NCBI GenBank assembly: GCA_945876755.1
Contig: CAMCPM010000004.1
Span: 10,960 to 74,959, forward strand
Reading direction: 5' to 3'
DNA: 64,000 bases
Origin: an uncultured Clostridia bacterium
GTDB lineage: Bacteria; Bacillota; Clostridia; Oscillospirales; Ruminococcaceae
In this document: in pieces, positions 46,243-55,670 of the stretch
Numbering within the stretch: the stretch's first letter is position 1
How the letters are laid out: each line of letters opens with the position of its first letter
Program-made: the position numbers and the translations under genes
The notes under the pieces: generated by a model
Database searches by the model: none
Seen by the model: only the letters and a program-made list of their open reading frames with translations
What the model was told of the DNA's origin: nothing

Positions 46243-47256
46243 ATGGCAAAGGAATTTTACGCAAGAAAAGCTATGCACAAGGGGATAGAAGCCGTTGAGC
46301 TTGCGGCAGGCGGATATTATGCAGTTGTTGCGCCGTCTCTGGGTACTAACGTGCTGCGTTTCCGTGATAACGAAAAAGGCATGGAAATTTTCCGTTACAG
46401 CGATGACCTGACAATAAGTGAGTTTATGAATTCTCCCGAGATATGGGGTCTGCCTACGCTGTATCTGCCTAACCGTCTCGATAACGGAGTGCTGAGGACC
46501 TCTGATGCCGAATATCATTTCCCTGTAAACGAGACCCGATTCAAGAACCATCTTCACGGATTTATCCATAAGCGTGCTCACAAGATAAAGGATATGGGCG
46601 CTGAGGGCGGCAAAGCGTATGTTACCACGTCATTTACATATGACGAAAACGACTTTTTCTTCAACTGCTTCCCTGTAAAATTCACTGTTGAAATTACTAT
46701 TGAGCTTTCGGATAACGGCTTGAAGCATACTGTTTCGCTGACTAACAAATCAAAGAAAATGCTGCCGGTTTCGATAGCTACGCATACCACTATCAATGCT
46801 CCGTTTGTTGACGGCGGCAAGCAGGAGAATATTCGTTTGCAGGTACCTGCGGTGAAAAAGCTTCAGTTCAACAAGAAAAGATGGCTTCCAAACGGCAGAC
46901 AGCTTAACCTTACCGATTATGATATGGAGTACGTCAACGGCACAAAATGTCCCGTTTTGCAGGACATCTGCAACGATATGTATACCGCAGGCACAGTCAA
47001 GCTTGACGGAAAAGACTTTTACGGCTGCATAATGACCGATACCGAAAGCGGAAAGAAAATATGCTATGAGGTGGACGGCAAATACAAATTCTGGATAGTT
47101 TGGAACCATGAGGGCTTTATGAATTATTTCTGCCCCGAGCCTATGACTGCACAGGTAAATGCTCCGAACCTCGATATGCCAAGAGAAAAAAGCGGCTATG
47201 AGGAACTTGCGCCGAAGAAGACTTACACCGTTTCACAAAGATTTTTCACCAAGTAA
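46243..47256 (+). CDS. Aldose 1-epimerase (galactose mutarotase-like) family protein
   Basis: 337 aa. NRLDNGVL...YHFPVNE...NHLHGF pattern of the aldose epimerase fold. Confidence 0.6.
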   Translation: MAKEFYARKAMHKGIEAVELAAGGYYAVVAPSLGTNVLRFRDNEKGMEIFRYSDDLTISEFMNSPEIWGLPTLYLPNRLDNGVLRTSDAEYHFPVNETRFKNHLHGFIHKRAHKIKDMGAEGGKAYVTTSFTYDENDFFFNCFPVKFTVEITIELSDNGLKHTVSLTNKSKKMLPVSIATHTTINAPFVDGGKQENIRLQVPAVKKLQFNKKRWLPNGRQLNLTDYDMEYVNGTKCPVLQDICNDMYTAGTVKLDGKDFYGCIMTDTESGKKICYEVDGKYKFWIVWNHEGFMNYFCPEPMTAQVNAPNLDMPREKSGYEELAPKKTYTVSQRFFTK

Positions 47257-47526
47257 ATAGTGATAAAATCAGATTTGTTTTATTTCGGATGTGCATAAGT
47301 TACTCATGATTTCAACATTGTGAATGTTGAAAAGCTGTGGAAAACGTTAGAAAAGCAGGGCTTATTACGATATTTCGGCTTGTATTTTTCCACAGGAATA
47401 TATGTTTTCAACGTTTTTAACGTGATTTTCAACATTTCGTATAATTATACCCTTAGTTTTCGGTGCTTTACATCATTTTTACCAAACACATTACTTTCGT
47501 TTTGATTTCAGAGACTTTTCACAGGA

Positions 47527-47554
47527 TTTACACAAAGTCGGGTTATTATATAAT
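47527..47554 (+). promoter_or_regulatory. Sigma-A promoter of the candidate sRNA
   Basis: TTTACA (47527-47532), 16-bp spacer, TATAAT (47549-47554). Confidence 0.55.
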
Positions 47555-47560
47555 CGTACC

Positions 47561-47752
47561 CAAGATAAGGGTATATCCCCCTAAAGTGCTTTTATATGCA
47601 GGCTTATTACCCCGTAAGCCTGCCAGGTGCAAACCATATAAAAGACCCGCCATAAATTGTTTACCCCTACAATTTATGGAAACCCCCAATAATCCTATAT
47701 CATGATCTTCGGCTCTGCCCTTAACCCCTGGGCAGAGCCACTTTCTTTTTTT
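47561..47752 (+). ncRNA. Candidate small RNA (about 190 nt) with three hairpins whose loops read UUA(A)CCCC
   Basis: No ORF. Perfect stems 47599-47606/47615-47622 (nested in 47589-47598/47635-47644), 47650-47660/47669-47679, and 47711-47720/47730-47739 plus a U-tract. The 5' end is inferred from the promoter only. Confidence 0.6.
47711..47752 (+). terminator. Intrinsic terminator of the candidate sRNA
   Basis: Perfect 10-bp GC-rich stem GGCTCTGCCC / GGGCAGAGCC, 9-nt loop, then ACTTTCTTTTTTT. Confidence 0.85.
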
Positions 47753-47763
47753 GACGATTTCCC

Positions 47764-47792
47764 TTGAAATCGGACATAAAATAAGTTATAAT
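47764..47792 (+). promoter_or_regulatory. Sigma-A promoter of zapA
   Basis: TTGAAA (47764-47769), 17-bp spacer, TATAAT (47787-47792). Confidence 0.6.
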
Positions 47793-47832
47793 AAAATTGA
47801 TTGATTTTATGATTATGAAAGGAATGTGACTT

Positions 47833-48231
47833 ATGAATAAGGTTAAGGTTACTATATGCGGCAAGGAATTCAGTCTGAAAACCGATGAGACTCCAAGCTA
47901 TCTTATCGGTCTGGCAAAAAAGGTTGATACGGAAATTTATAAAATGGCGGCTTCGGCGGATAATATTTCCGTTCAGTCGGCGGCGATACTTGTGGCTCTT
48001 CAGGCTTTTGACGAGGCGCAGAAGGCTAATGACAGCATCGACAATATCCGTACACAGATAAAGGAGTATGTTGACGACGCTTGTCAGGCGCGTCTTGAAC
48101 GTGACGAGGCAATAAAGAATGAAAAGGCTCATCTTGCAAGAATTTCCGCGCTGGAAAATGAGCTTAAAATAAAGAAAATGAAATCCGATATCGACGAGCA
48201 GCTTACTCTCGACGGTACAAAGGCAAAGTGA
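47833..48231 (+). CDS. zapA: Cell division protein ZapA
   Basis: 132 aa. N-terminal VKVTICGKEFSLKTDE...YL..LAKKVD pattern, then a C-terminal coiled coil. Confidence 0.85.
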   Translation: MNKVKVTICGKEFSLKTDETPSYLIGLAKKVDTEIYKMAASADNISVQSAAILVALQAFDEAQKANDSIDNIRTQIKEYVDDACQARLERDEAIKNEKAHLARISALENELKIKKMKSDIDEQLTLDGTKAK

Positions 48232-50264
48232 AAAACGTTCTGAAAAAGCCGGAGCTGCTTGCTCCGGCAGGAAGTATGGAGAGCATTTATGCGGCGGTGA
48301 GGTGCGGAGCTGACGCAGTTTATGTGGGTGGAGAAAAATTTTCCGCAAGGGCAAACGCCGTAAACTTTTCCGACAGCGAGCTTGAACAGGCGGTGAATTA
48401 CTGTCATCTCCACGGAGTAAAGGTCTATCGGGCAATGAATACTCTTGTTCTTGCTGAGGAAATGGGAGAATTTATGTCGGCGGCGAAAAGGTCCGCGGAG
48501 ATTGGTGTTGACGGTCTTATAGTTCAGGATATCGGTGCGGCAAGGCTTCTGCGCGAAATGCTTCCCGATATGAAACTGAATGCTTCGACTCAGATGACTA
48601 TTCACACTCCGGAGGGAGCAAAGCTGGCAGAGCAGATGGGATTTTCCCGTGTGGTCGCAGCAAGGGAGCTTTCGATAGAACAGCTTGAAAAGCTGACGGA
48701 AACAGGTATTGAAATCGAGGCGTTTATCCATGGGTCGCTGTGTATGTCCGTTTCGGGGCAGTGCAGCATGAGCGCAATGATAGGCTCACGAAGCGCAAAC
48801 AGAGGTATGTGCGCTCAGGCTTGCAGGCTGCCGTTCAGTGCGGTAAGCGGTGCGGAACGGTACGATTTGTCCCTTAAAGATCTGTGCGGAATACCTCATA
48901 TAAAACGGCTTTCCGAAATCGGCATTGCTTCCCTTAAAATCGAGGGCAGAATGAAGCGTGCCGAGTATGTTGCGGCTGCTGTTACCGCTTGCCGTGCGGC
49001 TCTGGACGGAAAAGTCCCCGACCTTGAAACTCTTAGGGCGGTGTTTTCACGAAGCGGTTTTACCGACGGTTATTTAACTGGAAAAACCGGGGGTGAAATG
49101 TTTGGATACAGGCGGAAAGAGGACGTGGTCTCCGCCGAAGCGGTACTTCCTGCGCTGAGAGAAAGCTACCGCAAGGAAACAAAGGCGGCGGAGGCTGACT
49201 TTGCCGTTTATATAAAATCGGGCGAGCCGTCACGGCTGGAGATGTCCTGCGGAGAAATAACGGTAACGGCGGCGGGAGCTGTTCCGGAAGCTGCGAAAAA
49301 CCGTCCTGTTGATAAGGAATATGTTTCCCGTCAGCTTGATAAGCTGGGGGATACAGTCTATACCGCAAGAAATATTTATGCCGAAATTGACGATGGACTT
49401 ATGCTTCCTGCCTCGGCAATAAACGCTATGCGGCGTGAAGTTTGCGAAAAGATGGACGCTGCAAGAATTTCTGCGGCAAAACCTGTTCAGAGATACTGCG
49501 AGGCAAAGCTTGAATACAAAGCGGAAAAACGCCGCCCCGAAAAGCTCCGCGTGAGGATATCCGAAGCGGAGCAATTTGAAGCGGCGGCAGGTGCGGACGA
49601 AATAATTATTCCGCTGAAATTGTGCGGAAAGATTGATGCTGCTGAAAATATTATTGCCGCTTTGCCGAGATTTACTGTGGACGAGGAAAAGCTTATAAGC
49701 CGTATGAAAGAAATAAAGGCATTAGGCTTTGAAAGAATTTTATGTACCAATCTTGCTCACGCTAAAATCGGCTGTAAGCTTGGTTTTAAGCTTCACGGCG
49801 GCTTTGGACTGAATATTGCAAACCCTTACTCCGTCAGGACGGCAGCTATGCTCGGTCTTGAGGATGTTACCGCAAGCTTTGAGGGAAAGCTCGGGCAGAT
49901 AGGCAAGCTTTGCGGAGATATTCCCGTTGGCGTTATCGTATACGGGCGGCTTCCCGTTATGCTTACGAGAAACTGTCCTATAAAGCAGGCGGTGGGTGAC
50001 TGCAAAAAATGCACGGGATTTCTTACCGACAGAACGGGAAGAAAATTTCCGGTTAAATGTGACGGAACTTCAAGTGAGATATTCAACAGCGACCTGCTGA
50101 TGATGACCGACCGCTTGGATGAGATATGCGCTGATTTTATTGAGCTTGACTTCACCGACGAAACTGCGGCGGAGATACGGCGGATAATAAGCTGCTGCAG
50201 AGACGGCAGAAAGGCTCTGGACAGCGGCTACACCCGAGGACTTTATTACCGAGGCGTTGAATAG
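48228..50264 (+). CDS. U32-family protein (peptidase U32 / RNA hydroxylase family), long two-lobed form
   Basis: 678 aa. U32 signature EAFIHGSLCMSVSGQCSMS. GTGA overlap with the zapA stop. Confidence 0.85.
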   Translation: MKNVLKKPELLAPAGSMESIYAAVRCGADAVYVGGEKFSARANAVNFSDSELEQAVNYCHLHGVKVYRAMNTLVLAEEMGEFMSAAKRSAEIGVDGLIVQDIGAARLLREMLPDMKLNASTQMTIHTPEGAKLAEQMGFSRVVAARELSIEQLEKLTETGIEIEAFIHGSLCMSVSGQCSMSAMIGSRSANRGMCAQACRLPFSAVSGAERYDLSLKDLCGIPHIKRLSEIGIASLKIEGRMKRAEYVAAAVTACRAALDGKVPDLETLRAVFSRSGFTDGYLTGKTGGEMFGYRRKEDVVSAEAVLPALRESYRKETKAAEADFAVYIKSGEPSRLEMSCGEITVTAAGAVPEAAKNRPVDKEYVSRQLDKLGDTVYTARNIYAEIDDGLMLPASAINAMRREVCEKMDAARISAAKPVQRYCEAKLEYKAEKRRPEKLRVRISEAEQFEAAAGADEIIIPLKLCGKIDAAENIIAALPRFTVDEEKLISRMKEIKALGFERILCTNLAHAKIGCKLGFKLHGGFGLNIANPYSVRTAAMLGLEDVTASFEGKLGQIGKLCGDIPVGVIVYGRLPVMLTRNCPIKQAVGDCKKCTGFLTDRTGRKFPVKCDGTSSEIFNSDLLMMTDRLDEICADFIELDFTDETAAEIRRIISCCRDGRKALDSGYTRGLYYRGVE

Positions 50265-50278
50265 AAAGGATTGATTTG

Positions 50279-50554
50279 ATGGGACAGGGTATAAAACGTA
50301 CAATTGCGTTTTTGTTTTTCCTGCTGGCAGGAATAGTGCTTGGAACGGTTATTGCAAGGCTTTGCGCGGACGTTCCGTTTCTTTCGTGGCTGGCTTATTC
50401 AATGTCGGTAGGACTTGATACGGGTTCTCCGCTGGTGCTGGATCTTATCGTATTCAAGCTGGCGTTCGGATTTACCCTTACGGTTAATACCGCGCAGATA
50501 ATCTGTATAATTATTGCGCTGGTCATCTATAACAAGACCTGCAAAGGACTGTAA
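50279..50554 (+). CDS. Small membrane protein (DUF4321-like)
   Basis: About 91 aa, two hydrophobic segments. Conserved position upstream of mreB in Clostridia, as I recall. Confidence 0.55.
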   Translation: MGQGIKRTIAFLFFLLAGIVLGTVIARLCADVPFLSWLAYSMSVGLDTGSPLVLDLIVFKLAFGFTLTVNTAQIICIIIALVIYNKTCKGL

Positions 50555-50641
50555 AATCTGCACTAAAAACGGGTAAATTTCCATGCTTTGATTAACGGAA
50601 AAAACAAATATTACAAATTGATAAAAAAGTTCAAAAAAATC

Positions 50642-50670
50642 TTGTAGAGTGCCTTTTCAAGTGATATAAT
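50642..50670 (+). promoter_or_regulatory. Sigma-A promoter of mreB
   Basis: TTGTAG (50642-50647), 17-bp spacer, extended -10 TGaTATAAT (50662-50670). Confidence 0.55.
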
Positions 50671-50736
50671 AATATGTGTGACGCTTTAGCAAATAAATTA
50701 TTCAAATAAATTGCTGCCGGAAAGGATTGTAGAGAA

Positions 50737-51753
50737 ATGTTTACTAAAGAAATCGGAATCGACCTGGGTACTGCCAATACCCTTGTATATATGAGAGGAA
50801 AGGGCATTATCATCCGCGAGCCGTCTGTTGTTGCTGTTGACACAAGAACAGACCGTGCAAAATATGTTGGTCAGGAGGCTAAGGACGTTATCGGACGTAC
50901 CCCCGGCTCCATCGTTGCGGTAAGACCCCTCAAGGACGGCGTTATCGCAGACTTTGAAATTACTACGACTATGCTTCAGGAGTTCATCAAAAAAGCTCTC
51001 AGAGGCTCGCTTTTCACAAAGGCGCACGTTATCATCTGTATTCCATCTGGCGTAACTGCCGTTGAGCGCAGAGCCGTTAAGGAAGCTGCCGAAAACGCAG
51101 GTGCAAAAAGAGTAAACATTATCGAAGAGCCTATGGCTGCGGCTATCGGAGCAGGTCTTCCTGTTTCTGACCCTCAGGGCTCAATGATAGTCGATATCGG
51201 CGGCGGTACTTCCGAGGTTGCGGTTATTTCTTTGGGTGGCATTGTAACATCCCGTTCCGTAAGAGTTGCAGGCGACGCTTTTGATACCGCTATCATCAAT
51301 TATATCAAGAAAAAGTACAATCTCCTCATTGGTGAGCGTACAGCAGAAAACGTTAAAATTGCTATCGGTTCGGCTTTCCCTATGGAGCAGGAGACCGAAA
51401 TGGAGATAAAGGGCCGTAACCTTCTGAATGGTCTGCCCGAAAATATCATCGTTACTTCCGCCGAGATAAGAGAGGCGCTTGCAGAGCCGCTTTCGCACGT
51501 TATCGAGGCGATAAAGGTAACGCTTGAAAAGACTCCCCCTGAGCTTGCTGCCGATATTATCGACCAGGGTATAACTCTTGCAGGCGGCGGAGCGCTTATC
51601 AGAGGACTTGACAAGCTTATCAACAAGGAAACGGGTATGCCTGTTTATGTTGCGGAAACTCCTCTCGACTGCGTTGCCGACGGTACGGGCAAGGTGCTTG
51701 AGGACATTGAAAAGCTCCGTGAGGTGCTTAACGACGATTCCAAGTATTATTGA
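50737..51753 (+). CDS. mreB: Rod shape-determining actin homologue MreB
   Basis: 338 aa. [29 protein letters not shown] and [12 protein letters not shown] motifs. Confidence 0.97.
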   Translation: MFTKEIGIDLGTANTLVYMRGKGIIIREPSVVAVDTRTDRAKYVGQEAKDVIGRTPGSIVAVRPLKDGVIADFEITTTMLQEFIKKALRGSLFTKAHVIICIPSGVTAVERRAVKEAAENAGAKRVNIIEEPMAAAIGAGLPVSDPQGSMIVDIGGGTSEVAVISLGGIVTSRSVRVAGDAFDTAIINYIKKKYNLLIGERTAENVKIAIGSAFPMEQETEMEIKGRNLLNGLPENIIVTSAEIREALAEPLSHVIEAIKVTLEKTPPELAADIIDQGITLAGGGALIRGLDKLINKETGMPVYVAETPLDCVADGTGKVLEDIEKLREVLNDDSKYY

Positions 51754-51894
51754 TTTTGTGAATTAAGATATTTTAGTATCCGGCAGATGAGAGGTTTAGC
51801 AGGTGAACTCTATACCTCTCATTGTTCGTTACAGAAAAAACAAAAGATGTCTTTTCCGTTTTGACCCGAATTTTGTTGTAAAGGAGGCTGCCCT

Positions 51895-52755
51895 GTGAAG
51901 GATTTTTTCAGAACCACAAAGTTCAAGGTGCTTGCGGCACTTATGGCTGTTATTGTGGGAATTATGATATATACCCTTACAAGGGGCGGCTATGCCTCAG
52001 ACAGTGCTTCGGTTTTCAGCGTTATTCTTGAACCGTTCCAGAAGTTCTCCACAAGCGTTTCAGACAAGGTGACCTCCACCCTTGATATGCTTTTCAACGC
52101 TGAAAAATACTACAAGGAAAACATTGAGCTTAAAGAGACTTTGAACGAAGTCTACAACGATATTATCGACTATGACAAGGTCACACGGGAAAACGAGCAG
52201 CTTCGTGTTCTGCTGGGGCTTAAAGAGGAGTTCAACGATTATGTTTTCTCGCCGCCATGCACGGTAATTGCCCGTACAACAAACGACCCGTATCATTCCT
52301 TTACCATTGACAAGGGCAGCGATGACGGCATTGCGCCCTACGACCCGGTAATAACATCTTCGGGACTTGTGGGAATATGCTATGATGTGTCACGCAGTAC
52401 AAGCAAGGTGCGGACGCTTTATTCTCCGAAAACAGCCGTTGGAGCTACGGTAGTACGTTCAAAGGCGACCGGTATCATCGAGGGTGACTATGAGCTTGCC
52501 GAGGACGGCCGATGCCGTATGAATTACATCAGCAAGACTGCCGACCTGAAAGTCGGAGATATTATCGTTACTTCGGGAAGCGAGACTTTTCCCGCAAATC
52601 AGCTTCTCGGTACGATAGAGGAATTCGGCATGGAGGACAGCGGTCTTTCACAGTATGCCGTGATAAAGCCTGCAATAAATCCCGATGATGTTTCTACCGT
52701 ATTTGTTATTACAAGCTTTAATGGCCAGGGCGGAAACGATACCGAAAATGAATAA
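51895..52755 (+). CDS. mreC: Rod shape-determining protein MreC
   Basis: 286 aa, GTG start after GGAGG. TM, coiled coil (ENEQLRVLLGLKEE) and beta-barrel domains (VITSSGLVG, IVTSGS..FP). Confidence 0.9.
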   Translation: MKDFFRTTKFKVLAALMAVIVGIMIYTLTRGGYASDSASVFSVILEPFQKFSTSVSDKVTSTLDMLFNAEKYYKENIELKETLNEVYNDIIDYDKVTRENEQLRVLLGLKEEFNDYVFSPPCTVIARTTNDPYHSFTIDKGSDDGIAPYDPVITSSGLVGICYDVSRSTSKVRTLYSPKTAVGATVVRSKATGIIEGDYELAEDGRCRMNYISKTADLKVGDIIVTSGSETFPANQLLGTIEEFGMEDSGLSQYAVIKPAINPDDVSTVFVITSFNGQGGNDTENE

Positions 52756-52767
52756 TGGTGCTGTCAG

Positions 52768-53334
52768 ATGAATATTGATTTAAAACGGAAAAAAGAAAAA
52801 CGGAACACCGTCATACGCTGGATAATATACGGTCTTATGCTGGTGGTCTCCTATATATTTATGACGACGGCGCCGCTGAGACTCAGAACGCCGCTTTTCG
52901 TTATCCCTATTGCAATGTGCATTTCCATGTTTGAAGAGCCGTTTGATTCGGCGGTAACAGGCTGTGTGGCAGGACTTCTTCTCGATACTGCACAGGGTAC
53001 GCTGATAGGTTTAAGCGGAATAATCCTGCTGTGGTGCTGCCTTATTTCGTCGCTGCTGTTTCATTTCTTTATGAGACGGCATATATTTAATATAATTATG
53101 CTTAATGCTGCTGCTGTACTCGGACAGGGTCTTATCCACTACTTTTTTTACTATGCGATATGGGAATACGACCTGTCGGGAAAAATTTTTACAAATGAGT
53201 TTATTCCCGTAATGATTTATACCGAGATAGCAGTAATACCATTTTTCTTTATAGTGAGATTCCTTGTGAAAAAATTTGGCGTTATCGTGGAAAGCTATAT
53301 TGAGGAAAAATCCGACGATATCGTAAGAGAATGA
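52768..53334 (+). CDS. mreD: Rod shape-determining protein MreD
   Basis: 188 aa, polytopic; position after mreC. Confidence 0.75.
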   Translation: MNIDLKRKKEKRNTVIRWIIYGLMLVVSYIFMTTAPLRLRTPLFVIPIAMCISMFEEPFDSAVTGCVAGLLLDTAQGTLIGLSGIILLWCCLISSLLFHFFMRRHIFNIIMLNAAAVLGQGLIHYFFYYAIWEYDLSGKIFTNEFIPVMIYTEIAVIPFFFIVRFLVKKFGVIVESYIEEKSDDIVRE

Positions 53335-53380
53335 GACAAATAAATACATTTTATTAAATCGGAAAGGAGGTTTTATAAGC

Positions 53381-55480
53381 TTGCGTAAATTTTTTGAACG
53401 GCTCAGAGCTGCGTTCTTTTTTATAATAATACTTGCAATGATGGCGCTGTGCTCAATCGACCTTATGAAAATACAGATAGTTGACGGTGCGGAGTATCTG
53501 GAAAAAGCCAAGACTACCCGTCAGGCGTCGCAGGTCATAACCTCCCCGAGAGGCGAGATAGTAGACATAAACGGAACAGAGATAGTCAGCAATAAAACAG
53601 GCTTCAATGTTGTAATTGAAAAGGCCTTTTTTTCAAGCGACAAGGCGGAAATGAACCGCATTATCTGCGGTATTGCAAATATTCTTGCAGAGGACGGCGT
53701 TGCATGGATAGATACTCTGCCTATAACGTCAGAAAAGCCTTATAGATATCTTGACGCCCGTGACAGTGATATTTCAAAGCTGAAAAAAAATATAGGACTT
53801 CAGCATTATGCAACCGCAGAGGACTGCCTTGCGGAAATGTATGAGCTTTATGAAATAGCCGATTCCTATACCGAACGCGAAAAGCGCATTATTGCAGGCG
53901 TACGGTATGAGATGATACTCCGAAGTTTTTCACTTTCAAACCGTTACACCTTTGCGGAGGATATCCCAATGGATACGGTGGTAAAGCTGAAGGAAGCGGC
54001 GTATACTCTTGAGGGAATGGATATCGTGGAAGAGGCAGTCCGTGTTTATGCAGCAGGAGATGTTGCTCCGCATCTTATAGGAACTATCGGCGCAATAAGC
54101 GCAGAGGAGTATGAAGAAAAACGCAGCGAAGGCTATGCACTGAATGATGTCATAGGCAAGGCAGGAATTGAAAAAGCTATGGAGGACGAACTCCGCGGTG
54201 AAAAGGGAACACGCACACTTGAACTTCTCAACGGAGTTGTGGTTTCGGATATAATTACCGAAGAAGCGGTTCCGGGAAACACCATTCAGCTTACTATAAA
54301 CGCCGAATACCAGCGTGACGTTCAGGAAATTCTTGAAAATCACATTCTTTGGCTTAATAATCAGACCTCGGACAAAGCAAAGGGAACAGCGGCAGACGCA
54401 GGAGCGATAGTCGTCCTGAATGCAAAAAACGGTGCGCTGCTTGCTGCGGCGACCTCGCCCACATATGATATAAATGATTACCTGACAGATTATGCTTCTG
54501 TTGTTAACGGCGAGAATGCGCCGCTTACAAACCGTGCAACTCACGGACTTTACCGCCCCGGTTCGACGTTCAAGACTGTTACTGCTACGGCTGCACTGAA
54601 CGAGGGCTATATCGACAGAAATTCAACCATTGTATGCAACAATGTGTACACCTATTGGAACGACTACAAGCCTAAATGTACAGGATGGCACGGAAGAATA
54701 AATGTTATTACGGCAATAGAAAAATCCTGCAACATCTTTTTCTACGAGGTGGGAAGAATAATGGGCCCGAACCTTATCGCAGACTACGCTTCACAGTACG
54801 GTCTGGGTGAGGAAACATTTCTTGAAACAGGCGGCTATAAGGGAAAGATCGCAACACCGGATACTCTCGGTCCGGATTGGCAGGCAGGCTTGGTCGTACA
54901 GGTTGCGATAGGACAGTCCGAAACAGCTGTTACTCCGCTTCAGATGGCTGTTCAGGCAAGTACGATAGCAAACAGGGGAGTCCGCTATCAGCCATACATG
55001 GTGGACAGTATCCACACATATAATATGGAGTCGCTGGTTTCAAGGACGGAACCGTCTGTGGTGCAAACTATCCCGGACAAATCAGGCGAGACCTTTGAGC
55101 TTGTTATTCAGGGAATGAAGCAGGCAGCTGCTTTTCTGCCTTACAGCTATCCTGCGGTCAAGGATTACTATACGCCTTATCTGCTTACCGACCTGCCCGA
55201 GGCGGCAGCAATAAAGACCGGTACTCCCCAGATGACCACTGCGGAGGACACAGGCTCGGCGTTTATCGGATTTTATCCCGCCGACGATCCCGAAATAGCA
55301 TTTTCGGGATTTGTGGAGCATGGAGATTATTCGAAATTTATGATAAGACAGATAATCGACGCATATTACGACAAAAATTACACTCCTGCCAAACCTAAAA
55401 CAAATGCAGCCTTGTCCTCTCCGGAGGAGATACTTTCAGGAACTGCGGCGGCTTCGGAGACAACTGATGCTGCGGAATAA
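53381..55480 (+). CDS. mrdA: Class B penicillin-binding protein 2 (elongation transpeptidase, MrdA type)
   Basis: 699 aa, TTG start after AGGAGG. STFK (GSTFKTV), SCN (KSCNIFF) and KTGT motifs; position after mreBCD. Confidence 0.9.
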   Translation: MRKFFERLRAAFFFIIILAMMALCSIDLMKIQIVDGAEYLEKAKTTRQASQVITSPRGEIVDINGTEIVSNKTGFNVVIEKAFFSSDKAEMNRIICGIANILAEDGVAWIDTLPITSEKPYRYLDARDSDISKLKKNIGLQHYATAEDCLAEMYELYEIADSYTEREKRIIAGVRYEMILRSFSLSNRYTFAEDIPMDTVVKLKEAAYTLEGMDIVEEAVRVYAAGDVAPHLIGTIGAISAEEYEEKRSEGYALNDVIGKAGIEKAMEDELRGEKGTRTLELLNGVVVSDIITEEAVPGNTIQLTINAEYQRDVQEILENHILWLNNQTSDKAKGTAADAGAIVVLNAKNGALLAAATSPTYDINDYLTDYASVVNGENAPLTNRATHGLYRPGSTFKTVTATAALNEGYIDRNSTIVCNNVYTYWNDYKPKCTGWHGRINVITAIEKSCNIFFYEVGRIMGPNLIADYASQYGLGEETFLETGGYKGKIATPDTLGPDWQAGLVVQVAIGQSETAVTPLQMAVQASTIANRGVRYQPYMVDSIHTYNMESLVSRTEPSVVQTIPDKSGETFELVIQGMKQAAAFLPYSYPAVKDYYTPYLLTDLPEAAAIKTGTPQMTTAEDTGSAFIGFYPADDPEIAFSGFVEHGDYSKFMIRQIIDAYYDKNYTPAKPKTNAALSSPEEILSGTAAASETTDAAE

Positions 55481-55570
55481 TATTCCATTAAGGCATTGTA
55501 CAAAATATACAAAAATAACAAATCATTTAGCAACAACCCTACGAAATTGTGCAGATTATTCAAAAACGCT

Positions 55571-55598
55571 TTGACAAATCTTCATTTTGTGGTACAAT
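55571..55598 (+). promoter_or_regulatory. Sigma-A promoter of the minD-like gene
   Basis: Consensus TTGACA (55571-55576), 16-bp spacer, extended -10 TGgTACAAT (55590-55598). Confidence 0.6.
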
Positions 55599-55670
55599 AT
55601 AAAGTAGCTGATAATCTTATGCGGCGCATATTTTTGTGCGTTCGGCATTATCCCTCGAAAGGAGTTTCTT

